A DNA stretch of 64,000 nt from NCBI GenBank assembly GCA_964521195.1, contig CAZFRE010000001.1, positions 200,239 to 264,238 on the forward strand, written 5' to 3'. A program made the translations under genes and the position numbers. The notes beneath the pieces were generated by a model, which had not been told where the DNA came from, searched no databases, and was given only the letters and a program-made list of their open reading frames with translations. Source of the DNA: an uncultured Eubacteriales bacterium (lineage in GTDB: Bacteria; Actinomycetota; Coriobacteriia; Anaerosomatales; JAAXUF01). Positions 24,981 through 34,211 of the stretch are shown here, piece by piece (position 1 is the first letter of the stretch; each line of letters starts with the position of its first letter).

Positions 24981-26675
24981 CTAGTGGAGGCCGACCACGC
25001 ACCCGTCCTCGTCGATGTCGATGCGGTTGCCTGCAGGCGCGCTGGGGAGCCCTGGCATCGTGCGAATGTCGGCGCACAACGGGTAGAGGAACCCGGCGCC
25101 CACGCTCGCGCGCACGTCTCGCACAGGAAGCTGCCACTTGCGCGGGCGCCCCTTGCGGCTCGGGTCGTGCGAAAGCGAGAACTGCGTCTTGGCGATGCAC
25201 ACCGGCATGCGGTCGTATCCGAGGCGGGTGTACGTCGCGATGGCCTCCTCCGCCTCCGAGGAGTACGTGACCCCGCCCGCTCCGTAGACGCCGAGGGCGA
25301 CCGCCTCGATCTTCTCCTTGATGCTCGCGTGGTCGGGGTACAGCAGTCGCACGTGCTTGGGGAGCTCGCATGCCTCGACGACCGCCTCCGCGAGCTCGAC
25401 ACCACCCATGCCGCCGCAGGCGTGCAGGTCGTGACTGACCGCGAAGTCCGCACCGGCGGCCAACGCGCGCTCGCGGATCAGCGTGTGCTCGGCAGGAGTG
25501 TCGGTCGCGAACGTATTGACCACGACGACCACCGGCACACCGAAGCGCTTCATGCTCTCGATGTGGGCCTCGAGGTTGGGCATGCCCTCGGCGAGCGCGT
25601 CGAGGTCCTCGCGCTGCATCGCCTCGGGCAGAGGGCGGCCGGGCTTGATCTCGTAGCGCTCCGAGTGCGACTTGAGGGCGCGCACCGTGGCGACAAGCAC
25701 GACGCAGTCCGGCGTGAGCCCGGACGCCCGGCACTTGATGTCCATGAACTTCTCGGCGCCCATGTCAGCGCCGAATCCGGCCTCAGTGACGACGTACTCG
25801 CCGAGGCGGAGCGCGATACGGTCGGCGATGATCGAGCTGTTGCCGTGCGCGATGTTGGCGAACGGGCCGGCGTGGACGAGTACCGGACCGCCTTCGAGGT
25901 TTTGCAGGAGGTTCGGCTTGATGGCGTCCTTCATCAGGACCGTCATCGCTCCCGCGCAACCCAGCTGCTCGGCGGTGACGGGCTCACCCCCACAGGTGAG
26001 CCCGATGACGATGCGCCCAAAGCGCTCGCGCATGTCGTGCAGATCGCTTGCGAGCGCGAGGATCGCCATGACTTCGCTGGCGGCCGAGATGTCGAAGCCG
26101 GTCTCGTGCGGGATGCCGTCCTTGTGACCTCCGAGCCCGGTGACCACGTTGCGCAGCGCACGGTCGTTGAGATCCACGACGCGGCGCCACGTGACGGTCT
26201 CGGGATCGATGCCGAGGGCATTGCCATGGAAGATGTGGTTGTCGATGTAGGCGGCGAGCAGGTTGTTCGCCGTGGTGACGGCGTGCGTGTCGCCGGTGAG
26301 GTGCAGGTTGAGGTCTTCCATCGGGACGACCTGCGAGTAGCCTCCGCCCGCCGCGCCGCCCTTGATGCCGAACACCGGTCCAAGCGACGGCTGCCGGATG
26401 CAGGTGACGGCGCGCTTGCCGATCTTCTTGAGCGCTTGGCCGAGCCCGACGGTCGTGACCGTCTTGCCTTCGCCGAGCGGGGTGGGTGTGATCGCCGTGA
26501 CGACGACATAGCGGCCGAGCGGCCGGTCCGCAAGGCCCTCGAGCAGCCCGAGGCCGAGCTTGGCCTTGAAGCGCCCGTACGGTTCGAAGCACTGCTCGGG
26601 AATCTCATACTTGTGCGCGATCTCGCGCACGGGGCGCATCGTGTGTGCGTGGGCGATCTCGAGGTCGGAAAGCAT
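24981..26675 (-). CDS. fhs: Formate--tetrahydrofolate ligase
   Basis: MLSDLEIAHAHTMRPVREIA..VVVTAITPTPLGEGKTVTTVGL..QPSLGPVFGIKGGAAGGGYSQVVPMEDLNLHLTGD is the unmistakable FTHFS sequence. GAGAGGGA lies upstream of ATG 26675. Confidence 0.95.
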   Translation of the reverse strand: MLSDLEIAHAHTMRPVREIAHKYEIPEQCFEPYGRFKAKLGLGLLEGLADRPLGRYVVVTAITPTPLGEGKTVTTVGLGQALKKIGKRAVTCIRQPSLGPVFGIKGGAAGGGYSQVVPMEDLNLHLTGDTHAVTTANNLLAAYIDNHIFHGNALGIDPETVTWRRVVDLNDRALRNVVTGLGGHKDGIPHETGFDISAASEVMAILALASDLHDMRERFGRIVIGLTCGGEPVTAEQLGCAGAMTVLMKDAIKPNLLQNLEGGPVLVHAGPFANIAHGNSSIIADRIALRLGEYVVTEAGFGADMGAEKFMDIKCRASGLTPDCVVLVATVRALKSHSERYEIKPGRPLPEAMQREDLDALAEGMPNLEAHIESMKRFGVPVVVVVNTFATDTPAEHTLIRERALAAGADFAVSHDLHACGGMGGVELAEAVVEACELPKHVRLLYPDHASIKEKIEAVALGVYGAGGVTYSSEAEEAIATYTRLGYDRMPVCIAKTQFSLSHDPSRKGRPRKWQLPVRDVRASVGAGFLYPLCADIRTMPGLPSAPAGNRIDIDEDGCVVGLH

Positions 26676-26721
26676 CGGGGTCCCTCTCGGTGGGTGAACC
26701 TGAGCCAGTGTAGCGCGACGG

Positions 26722-27579
26722 TCAGGTCTGCGGCATCGAGCTCCAGGGCACGGGATCGACGCCGGAGTCCGGATCGATCTGGAGTGACAGCGCACCGGTC
26801 GGGCACGCCGAGATGCACGCACCGCAGCCGAAGCAGCGTTCCGGGTCGATGCCGACAGGGCAGTCGTCGGCGTCGAGCGCGAGCGCCCCGAACGCGCACG
26901 CTGGCACGCACGCTCCGCACGCCGTGCACGCGCCCGCGTCGGCAACGACGCGGTAGCCCGAGCCCGCGAGCGGGCGGAATCCGGCGCGCTCGGCCTTCAA
27001 GCCGATGCAACAACACGAGCAGCAGTTGCAGATCGCGTACATGCGCCCGCCCGCGGCGTCCTTGAACCACAGCGTATGGATCGAGCCACGCGCGGCTGCG
27101 GCGTCGATGACCGCGACTGCCTCCTCGGCGGTGATGAGGCGGGCCGTCGACTGCTTCTCGACGACGAAGCTCGCGATCGTGTCGCCCACGTACAGGCACT
27201 GCTCGATTGGGCCGCAGTGGCCATCGCGGTCGCCCGCGGCCTCGGCAGCGCCTCGGCACGCACAGCGCGCGAGTGCTATCCGGGCGGGTGCCTCGAGCAC
27301 CACGTCGCGCGCGACCTGATAGGGAACGACTCGCTCGAGGTCGTGCAGCTCGATGGGCCGGTCGAGCGTGATGACGCGCCGCGCCTCCTCGGCGGGGACG
27401 ACCTTGGCATGGTGCGTCTCGGCGAGATGGTTGCCCGTGAGGCGCCGCACGGGACCCAGCCAGGGGCGGGCGAGCGCCCAGCGCACGACGGCCACGTACC
27501 GCTGTGTCCAGCGGTAGTAGACGTAGCCGTGGGCCGCGCGGTCGGGCCGATCGGGCTGGAGTCTGAGTAGTCGTCCCAT
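26722..27579 (-). CDS. Cys-rich 4Fe-4S dicluster (ferredoxin-like) protein of unknown function, co-oriented with fhs
   Basis: Two ferredoxin-type motifs, CTACGACVPAC and CFGCGACISACP. Unusual Cys clusters are ARCACRG..HCGPIEQC and YAICNCCSCCCIG. It lies 46 nt upstream of fhs. Confidence 0.7.
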   Translation of the reverse strand: MGRLLRLQPDRPDRAAHGYVYYRWTQRYVAVVRWALARPWLGPVRRLTGNHLAETHHAKVVPAEEARRVITLDRPIELHDLERVVPYQVARDVVLEAPARIALARCACRGAAEAAGDRDGHCGPIEQCLYVGDTIASFVVEKQSTARLITAEEAVAVIDAAAARGSIHTLWFKDAAGGRMYAICNCCSCCCIGLKAERAGFRPLAGSGYRVVADAGACTACGACVPACAFGALALDADDCPVGIDPERCFGCGACISACPTGALSLQIDPDSGVDPVPWSSMPQT

Positions 27580-27656
27580 GCCGCGACAGTCTAGGGGGTC
27601 GCACACGCCCGCGCCATGCGGTGGCGCGTATACTCTTGCAGCAGGGGGGATCGCGC

Positions 27657-28586
27657 ATGCCGCTGATATCGGTCGTCATCCCGAGCTACAACGAACAAGA
27701 GGCTGTGGGGCACCTTCACGGCGAGTTGTCGTCGGTGGCATCGTCCATGCCGGCCGTGGACTTCGAGTTCCTCTTCATCGACGACGGCTCGACCGACGAC
27801 ACCCTCGCCGAGGTACGAGCGTTGCGCGAGCGCGACCCGCGCGTCCGCTTCATCTCGTTCTCTCGCAACTTCGGCAAGGAGGCCGCGATCTTCGCCGGGC
27901 TCAAGCACGCGACCGGTGATTTCGTGGCGCTCATCGACGCCGACCTGCAGGATCCGCCGTCACTCATCCCCGAGATGTATCGGGCACTCACCGAGGAGGG
28001 CTACGACTGCGCGGCCGCGTGCCGTACCTCTCGGCAGGGAGAGAGCCGTCTTCGCTCGCTGCTCGCCGAGGCGTTCTACAAGTTGTTCAACATGATCTCC
28101 AAGACGCCGCTGCGCAGTGGCGCACGCGACTTCCGGCTGATGACTCGCCAGATGGTCGACGCCATACTCGAGCTCTCCGAGGTCAACCGCTTCTCGAAGG
28201 GGCTGCTGACCTGGGTGGGATTCAAGACGAAGTGGATCGAGTTCAGTCATGTGGACCGCGTTGCCGGCACGACGAAATGGTCCTTCCTCGGGCTCGTCCG
28301 CTACTCGATCGAGGGCATCGTCGACTTCTCGACCGCACCGCTCTCGCTGGCCTCGGCGCTCGGCTTCTTCTTCTGCATCATCGCCTTCGTGTGGGTGGTC
28401 GTTATCGTGGTGCGTACGGAGGTGATGGGCAACGAGGTCGCCGGCTGGTCGTCACTCGCGTGCATCGTGTTGTTCGCCAGCGGTCTGCAGTTCTTCACGA
28501 TCGGCATCATGGGCCAGTACATCGCCCGCACGTACCTCGAGACCAAGCATCGCCCGATCTACGTGGTCCGCGAGACCGAGCAGTAG
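27657..28586 (+). CDS. Family 2 glycosyltransferase (polyprenyl-phosphate sugar transferase, GtrB/DPM1-like) with 2 C-terminal TM helices
   Basis: MPLISVVIPSYNEQEAV..FLFIDDGSTDDT..ISFSRNFGKEAAIFAGL..ALIDADLQDPP, then TM helices at the C-terminus. GGGGGGA lies upstream of ATG 27657. Confidence 0.85.
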   Translation: MPLISVVIPSYNEQEAVGHLHGELSSVASSMPAVDFEFLFIDDGSTDDTLAEVRALRERDPRVRFISFSRNFGKEAAIFAGLKHATGDFVALIDADLQDPPSLIPEMYRALTEEGYDCAAACRTSRQGESRLRSLLAEAFYKLFNMISKTPLRSGARDFRLMTRQMVDAILELSEVNRFSKGLLTWVGFKTKWIEFSHVDRVAGTTKWSFLGLVRYSIEGIVDFSTAPLSLASALGFFFCIIAFVWVVVIVVRTEVMGNEVAGWSSLACIVLFASGLQFFTIGIMGQYIARTYLETKHRPIYVVRETEQ

Positions 28587-28788
28587 TCCACGCGCCCCGG
28601 TTCAGGACGGCGGCGGAAGCAGCCGATACATCCCGCATCTCGGCACGCTCCTTGTTGTTGTGTGTCCGGCGGGTGACGCGGGGCCCCAAGCGAGCGATCG
28701 TGCCGTCCACGAGGACGGCGCGTGGTATTGTTGAGAACAGGCCTGTTTTCGATTGGACGGGTCTGAGCAGCGGTTTCCCGGAGGTCGA

Positions 28789-29985
28789 GTGGTAGGCACG
28801 TTGGGACGGAAGCGGCTTGTGAGCGCGATGGCGTGTGCCGTCGCGCTCGTCGGCGCGTGCCTGGCCTTGCCTCCCGCGGCCGTGGCGGCGCCGTCCAAGG
28901 CCACGCTGGAGGCCAACAAGGCGCGCATCATGACCGAACTCGACCGCATGCGGGGCACGCTCCAGCAGCGCATCGACGACTACACCGCGATCGGGCGCGA
29001 CCTCGCCGAGACGCAGGCTGAGATCGACCAGGTGAGCGAGCAGCTCGCCGAGGTCGAGACCCAGCTCGCGAACTCCAAGAAGAACCTCGGCCTGCGCGCA
29101 GCGGCCCTCTACCGCGGCGAGCAGGTCGGCATGATCGACGCGCTCCTGAGCTCGAAGAACATCGAGGAGCTCGTGGTCACGACGCACTACCTCATCCTCG
29201 TCAGCGAGCGTGATGCGAATGCGCTCAGCGAAGCGCGGCTCTCGCAATCGGAGGCCATGTGGCTGCGCGAGAGTCTCAACCGGCGTCTGGATCGCCAGCG
29301 GGGTCTGCAGGCCAAGGCCGACACCGAGCGCCTCAAGATCCAGGCCGACATCACCAAAGCCGAGCAGCGCGCCGCCGCCATCGACGTCGACCTCGCCGCG
29401 CTGCTGCAGCAGAGTCAGACACAGAGCCCCACCGGCGGCGATCCGAGCGGCACGTTCGATCCCAACACGGTGCTCACGGATGCGAACTTCCGCTCCCAGG
29501 ACATGACGCAGACCGGCATCCAGAAGTTCCTCGATCGGCAGTCCGGCCCGCTCAAGAACTACTACGCCACCGACATCAACGGTGACCGCAAGCCCGCCGC
29601 GCAGATCATCGCCGAGGCCTCCAAGCACTGGAACGTGAGCCCCCGCGTGATCCTGGTGACGCTGCAGAAGGAGCAGTCACTCCTGAGCAAGCGCCCGAGC
29701 AAGCAGTCGACGTACGACTGGGCGATGGGCGTCGGCCGTCCCGACAGCGGAGCGCAGCTGCTCAAGTACAAGGGCTTCGGCAAGCAGATCTGGTACGGCG
29801 CCAAGTCGTTCAACACGCAGGCGACCGCGTGGCGCTCGGGCATGAAGCTCAAGATCGACTCGAGTACCGTGACGCCCACCAACGGGGCGACGTACGCGCA
29901 GTACCGCTACACTCCGCACCTCAGCGGCGTCAACAGCTTCTGGACGCTGTGGATCCGCTACTTCAACGACAACCCGGCGAAGTAG
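28789..29985 (+). CDS. Secreted coiled-coil protein with a conserved C-terminal domain (possibly cell-wall related); function unknown
   Basis: Signal peptide GTLGRKRLVSAMACAVALVGACLALPPAAVAAP, then a long heptad-like region (LEANKARIMTELDRMRGTLQQRIDDY..). C-terminal domain: SPRVILVTLQKEQSLLS..YDWAMGVG..GFGKQIWYGAKSF. The start (GTG 28789 after GGAGG) is uncertain. Confidence 0.6.
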   Translation: MVGTLGRKRLVSAMACAVALVGACLALPPAAVAAPSKATLEANKARIMTELDRMRGTLQQRIDDYTAIGRDLAETQAEIDQVSEQLAEVETQLANSKKNLGLRAAALYRGEQVGMIDALLSSKNIEELVVTTHYLILVSERDANALSEARLSQSEAMWLRESLNRRLDRQRGLQAKADTERLKIQADITKAEQRAAAIDVDLAALLQQSQTQSPTGGDPSGTFDPNTVLTDANFRSQDMTQTGIQKFLDRQSGPLKNYYATDINGDRKPAAQIIAEASKHWNVSPRVILVTLQKEQSLLSKRPSKQSTYDWAMGVGRPDSGAQLLKYKGFGKQIWYGAKSFNTQATAWRSGMKLKIDSSTVTPTNGATYAQYRYTPHLSGVNSFWTLWIRYFNDNPAK

Positions 29986-30016
29986 CCTCGCGCCCCATGC
30001 GATCGACCCCGCAGGC

Positions 30017-31507
30017 CTAGAGGTACTCCCAGACGTCGTCCACGCCGGCCTCGATGGCCGAGACGCACTCGCTGACCCAGTGCACCGGCTGCCCGGTGGT
30101 GGTGTCGACGAGTCGCAGGTCGAGCACCTCGGGTGTCTCCAGCCAGCGGCCGTTCGCGTCGATGAGTACCTTCACGCGCGGGTGGAGCAGGTCGTCGTTG
30201 TTGACGCGGAAGACGACCGCCGTCGAGCCGTCGTCCAGGACCACCACCGCACCCATCGGATAGATGCCGAGCATCGCCACGAGCGCCTTGGTGATGTTGG
30301 GTTCGTATGCCTTGCCCCGGCCCTGCATGAGCACGGCCAGCGCCTTGTCCGGGCGGATCTCTCGGCGGAACGGACGCGTCGTGGTCATCGCGTCGTACGC
30401 ATCGCACACTGCGACGATCTTGCTGTAGAGATGCTGCTCGGAGCCGCGGGACTCGGGGTAGCCGAGCAGGTCGTGGCGCTGGTGGTGCTCGAACGCGACG
30501 ATCATCGGCATCTTGTCCTCGAGCTGCAGCCGCTTGAGCAGGTCGGCGCCCTCCTCGCTGTGGCGTTTCACGAGCGACCATTCCTCGGCGGTCAGCGGAC
30601 CGGCCTTGGTGAGGATCTCCTCGGGGATGCGGACCTTGCCGATGTCGTAGAGCAGTGCAGCCAGCCCGAGCGAGCGGACGTCGTCCTTGGTCAGTCCCAG
30701 CGCCGAGCCGAGAGAGATGGCGAGGATGCACACGTTGATGCTGTGGTTGAGCGTGTAGTCGTCGTGGCCCTTGATGGCGGTGAGGCCGAGTACGGCGGCG
30801 GGGTCCTGCAGCAGGTTGTCGAGCATCGACTCGACGACGCGCTGCAGCGGACCGGTGTCGAGCGCGCGACCCAGTTTCGCCTGCATCTCGACGTCGCGCA
30901 TCGCCGTGATGCCTGCGTCGTAGCTCTCGCGCGCCCGGGCGCGGACCTCGCGGTTCTTCTGCTCGTCGCCGGTGTCCTCGAGCGTGGTCGTCTCGGCGAC
31001 GGTGATCGACGTGACGCCGCGGCCGTCGAGGTACATGCGGGCGGCATCGATGTCGACGATCTCCTCGGCGGCGACGAGCTCGACGAGAGCGGCGACCTCC
31101 TCGGCGGTGGTCATCGCCGTGAAGGTGACGGCGGAGATGCCGCGGGCGAGGAGCTCCTCCACAAGCTTGGAGTACGTGACGCTCTCCTCCGAGAAGATCT
31201 GGTTCTCGACGAAGACGGTGCCCTTGTAGATGTTGATGGTCACCTCGTCGAAGCCGGTGGCGGCGAGCGCGCGCAGCACGCCCACGAAGTCGGCGAGCGC
31301 CTGCACGACCGAAGGGTGCGACGTCGGGTACAGCGTGGCATTGGTGTAGGCCACTGCGAGCGTGCGGACGAGGTCGCGGGCGCGCTCGAGCTTCTCGGGG
31401 GTCGCGAACGGCGCCTCGACGGCGACGAACCGGCTCGCTTCGGACGCCAGTTCGGTCGGCGAAGCGAGCGGTCCCTCGTTCTCCGGGCGATACGGCATGT
31501 CGGTCAC
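30017..31507 (-). CDS. HD-GYP family protein with substituted metal-binding motifs (YD for HD, HHQ for HHE)
   Basis: HSINVCILAISLG..LAALLYDIGKVRIPEEILTKAGPLTAEEWSLVKRHSEEGADLL..AFEHHQRHDLLGYP. A ~230-aa N-terminal module contains LYPTSHPSV. Start is GTG 31507, overlapping the upstream stop (GTGA), or ATG 31498. Confidence 0.8.
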   Translation of the reverse strand: MTDMPYRPENEGPLASPTELASEASRFVAVEAPFATPEKLERARDLVRTLAVAYTNATLYPTSHPSVVQALADFVGVLRALAATGFDEVTINIYKGTVFVENQIFSEESVTYSKLVEELLARGISAVTFTAMTTAEEVAALVELVAAEEIVDIDAARMYLDGRGVTSITVAETTTLEDTGDEQKNREVRARARESYDAGITAMRDVEMQAKLGRALDTGPLQRVVESMLDNLLQDPAAVLGLTAIKGHDDYTLNHSINVCILAISLGSALGLTKDDVRSLGLAALLYDIGKVRIPEEILTKAGPLTAEEWSLVKRHSEEGADLLKRLQLEDKMPMIVAFEHHQRHDLLGYPESRGSEQHLYSKIVAVCDAYDAMTTTRPFRREIRPDKALAVLMQGRGKAYEPNITKALVAMLGIYPMGAVVVLDDGSTAVVFRVNNDDLLHPRVKVLIDANGRWLETPEVLDLRLVDTTTGQPVHWVSECVSAIEAGVDDVWEYL

Positions 31508-33408
31508 TGCGGGTCAGCTCCTTCTGCTGTCGCTGCGCGGTCGATGTCGGCGAGCGCCTTGCGCGCCATCAAACGCAGCTCTCTGCTCTTTCTGCCCATC
31601 ACGAGCTTCCGGTCCGCGGTTCGCCGCAGGGCCCTCGCGGCCTCCGGCGTGCCGATCAGACCGAGAGCGCGGATGATCTCCTTCTTGGTCTCGTGCGAGC
31701 GCATCACGTTGAGGTCCTCGAGCGCGCGCGTGAGCTGGTGGATCGCCGGCGCGGCCTTCACCCGCCCGATCTCTCGCACGGCGAACCGCTGCGTCTCGGG
31801 CTCGGGATGGTTGAGCGCCTTGATGAGCGCGGCGCCGGATTCCGGCGCGGTCGTATCGGCGAGTGCCGTGATGGCGGCGAAGCGCACCGACTCGTTGAGG
31901 TTGGTGAGTCCCTGCGACAGGATCGGCACCGCACGGCGGTCGCCGAGCGCGGCGAGCGTGCGCAGCACCGCGATCGCGGCGACGGGGTCGTCGGTGCGAA
32001 GCTTGGTGCGCGCCACGCCGATGACCGCGTCGCCCATCGCCCGCAGCGCAGGGCGCAGGAGCGAGCGCCGGCCCTCGTTGCCGCGGATGTAGGCGTTGAG
32101 CAGCGCCTCAGCTCCGGCAGGGCCGGCAGCCGAGAGGATCTCGCCGGCGATCGCCGCGTCCGCGTCGTCGACGACGCTCGTGCAGATGTCGGCCAGCACC
32201 GCCGGCTCCATGAGCGTGGCGCGCGCGGCCGAGACCGCGTCGGCCATCGAGTGCTGCTGGCCGAGCTCATCGAGCCGCCGCATCGCCTCGCGCACCTCCG
32301 GGAAGGCACCCGCACGCGCCGCCGGCGCCAGGCACTCGCCGATCGCGCGCGCGGCGTCGGGCTCGGGGTGCGTGCGCGAGACCGCGACGGCCGTCGTGAG
32401 CGCCCGGCCGGCCGACAGGCGCGGCGAGGCGATCTCGACCTGACGCTGCAGCTCGCTCGTGTCCTCGACGACCGCCATCTCGCGCGCCATGCTCTGGGCG
32501 CCCTCGGTCGAGCTCTCGCCGTCGTCGGGCGAGCGCGCCGGTGCGAGCATCTGCTCGATGAGCCGGGCCTTGTCGCTGGGCAGCGGCAAGGCCGCGGCGA
32601 CGCGCCGCGGGTCGGTCGGCGCCTGCGCGGCGACGAGCATCAGCAGGCGGGCGAGCGCCGCCGGCTTCATGTTGGCGATGATGCCGAGCATGCCCTCCAT
32701 GCGGGCGCCGTTGCCGTCGGCCTTGAGCGAGAACGCGAGCACCTTCATGCGCGACTTCTCGTCGAGCCGCATGAGCGCGTCGGCGACCCGCTTCACGGCG
32801 AGTTCGCGGGTAGCGGCCTCGAGCCGGCCGATCGCCTCGGCCATCTCGTCGTGGCCGGGGCCTTCTGTCTTCTGCCAGCGTTCGGCGGCGGCGACCACCT
32901 CGGCCGCGATGTCGTCGAGCGGCGCCGTCATCAGGTCCACGCCGAGAAGTCCGGTCTCCTCGGAGGCGCGCAGCGAGACCTCGATGACCGCGAGGTGCGA
33001 GACGCCGGCCCCCATGAGCGCGCTGCGCGGCCCGCCCGCGGCCCGGATCGCTGCCGGCTCGGCGTTGGCGACCGAGAGGAACGCGGCGGTCTCGGGCTCC
33101 AACACGCCCGGCGCGATGATCAGCTGGCCGACTTGCAGTGCGTGCAGGGCCTCGGCGAGTGCGCCTGTCTGCGTGTTGCCGACCGCGAGCGCGGTCTCGC
33201 CGATACGGAAGCCGTGGGGGTCGACGATGATGCGCAGCGGGCCGGTGGCGACGAGCTCGTTGGCGCGTGCGGTGAAGCGGGCGGCCGCCTCCGCAGGAAG
33301 CGGCGACGTCGGCGGATACAGGCGCGCGGCGCCGGCCGCTGAGGCCAGCAGCCGCAGCGCTTCCTCGGCGCGCGGGTATCCGTCAGACTCGGTGCTCACG
33401 CTGCACAT
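31504..33408 (-). CDS. HEAT-repeat protein with an N-terminal module shared with the downstream HD-GYP protein
   Basis: C-terminal HEAT/PBS-lyase-type repeats: DRRAVPILSQGLTNLNESVRFAAITALADT, SGAALIKALNHPEPETQRFAVREIGRV, AAPAIHQLTRALED. The N-terminus contains LYPPTSPLP. AAGGAGG abuts ATG 33408, so GTG 33399 may be the real start. Confidence 0.75.
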   Translation of the reverse strand: MCSVSTESDGYPRAEEALRLLASAAGAARLYPPTSPLPAEAAARFTARANELVATGPLRIIVDPHGFRIGETALAVGNTQTGALAEALHALQVGQLIIAPGVLEPETAAFLSVANAEPAAIRAAGGPRSALMGAGVSHLAVIEVSLRASEETGLLGVDLMTAPLDDIAAEVVAAAERWQKTEGPGHDEMAEAIGRLEAATRELAVKRVADALMRLDEKSRMKVLAFSLKADGNGARMEGMLGIIANMKPAALARLLMLVAAQAPTDPRRVAAALPLPSDKARLIEQMLAPARSPDDGESSTEGAQSMAREMAVVEDTSELQRQVEIASPRLSAGRALTTAVAVSRTHPEPDAARAIGECLAPAARAGAFPEVREAMRRLDELGQQHSMADAVSAARATLMEPAVLADICTSVVDDADAAIAGEILSAAGPAGAEALLNAYIRGNEGRRSLLRPALRAMGDAVIGVARTKLRTDDPVAAIAVLRTLAALGDRRAVPILSQGLTNLNESVRFAAITALADTTAPESGAALIKALNHPEPETQRFAVREIGRVKAAPAIHQLTRALEDLNVMRSHETKKEIIRALGLIGTPEAARALRRTADRKLVMGRKSRELRLMARKALADIDRAATAEGADPQ

Positions 33409-33605
33409 ACCTCCTTCTCCATGGCATCAGGGTATATCGGTCTTGGATTCTTTGCCCTGTACAGGCGTACGCTCTTTCTGAGCATGGCACACCGCGTGCA
33501 ATGTGAGCCCCGTCACACGACACGCGGAAATGGCGTGATGAACTGCCGGCACGCCGCCGATAAGGAGACACGTACAGCTGTCCCCTTAGGAGCGGAGGAC
33601 GAGAG

Positions 33606-34106
33606 GTGCTCGTGGGGCTGCGCACGCAGGCTTACTTCAGGAAGGTCGCCGAGGAGGCACTGGCAAGCGCCGGCGTCTTCGAACCGCCTGTGCCTGTGAG
33701 CAAGATCATCGAGTCCCTGGGAATCCCGATCATCCCCGTGAACCTCCCGCTCTTCTTCACCGCCGCCACCATCAACACCGACGGGCTTCCGGTGATGGTG
33801 GTCAACTACGCGCAGCCCGAGTCGACGCGGCTCGAGGCGCTCTCGCATATGCTCAGCCACATACTGCTCGTGCTCGATGACTCGAGCAACGTGTTCCCCA
33901 GAGGCACGGGCGACCACGGCGACGCCGAGATGCTCGCGCACGAACTGACGATGCCGGCCACGATGGTCATCGACCAGTCGCGTCTGTGGTTCAACGACTT
34001 CCGCTACCTCGCGCGCCTGTTCGGTGTCGGCGAGGCGGCGATGCTGGAGCGCATGAGGGAGCTGGGCATCGTCAACAATCAGCAGGGGATTCGCTGGGAC
34101 TACTGA
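33606..34106 (+). CDS. ImmA/IrrE-like (DUF955) protein with a degenerate H-E-x-x-H motif
   Basis: GGAGCGGAGGA lies upstream of GTG 33606. Where the family has HExxH this protein has RLEALSHMLSHILLV (H-M-L-S-H). The later EMLAHELTMP fits the family layout. Confidence 0.55.
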   Translation: MLVGLRTQAYFRKVAEEALASAGVFEPPVPVSKIIESLGIPIIPVNLPLFFTAATINTDGLPVMVVNYAQPESTRLEALSHMLSHILLVLDDSSNVFPRGTGDHGDAEMLAHELTMPATMVIDQSRLWFNDFRYLARLFGVGEAAMLERMRELGIVNNQQGIRWDY

Positions 34107-34211
34107 GTCCTCGCCCGACCCGTCTGCGTCACACCATGCTGCTATCATGCTCGTGAGATTCATCGGGCGCCTTGCGCACCCTGCAACGAAGATCACTCGG
34201 GGAGGAATCCC

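Noticed and set aside
27580-27656. ZTP (pfl-motif) or THF riboswitch upstream of the fhs operon.
   Set aside because: The upstream gap is only 77 nt, is shared with a divergent gene, and lacks the GGGUCGUGAC and CCGCCUGGGC elements.
24882-27679. Very long alternate-frame ORFs over the fhs/Fe-S operon: 24882-27065(+) 727 aa, 25943-27679(-) 578 aa and 24949-25734(-).
   Set aside because: The fhs frame (24981-26675) and the Fe-S protein frame carry clear family motifs. The others are low-complexity Arg-rich read-throughs.
30080-33481. Plus-strand ORFs 30080-32092 (670 aa), 31693-33342 (549 aa) and 32459-33481 (340 aa), opposite the HD-GYP/HEAT genes.
   Set aside because: No motifs and a biased R/G/A/D composition. 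The minus strand has HD-GYP and HEAT signatures plus SD sequences.
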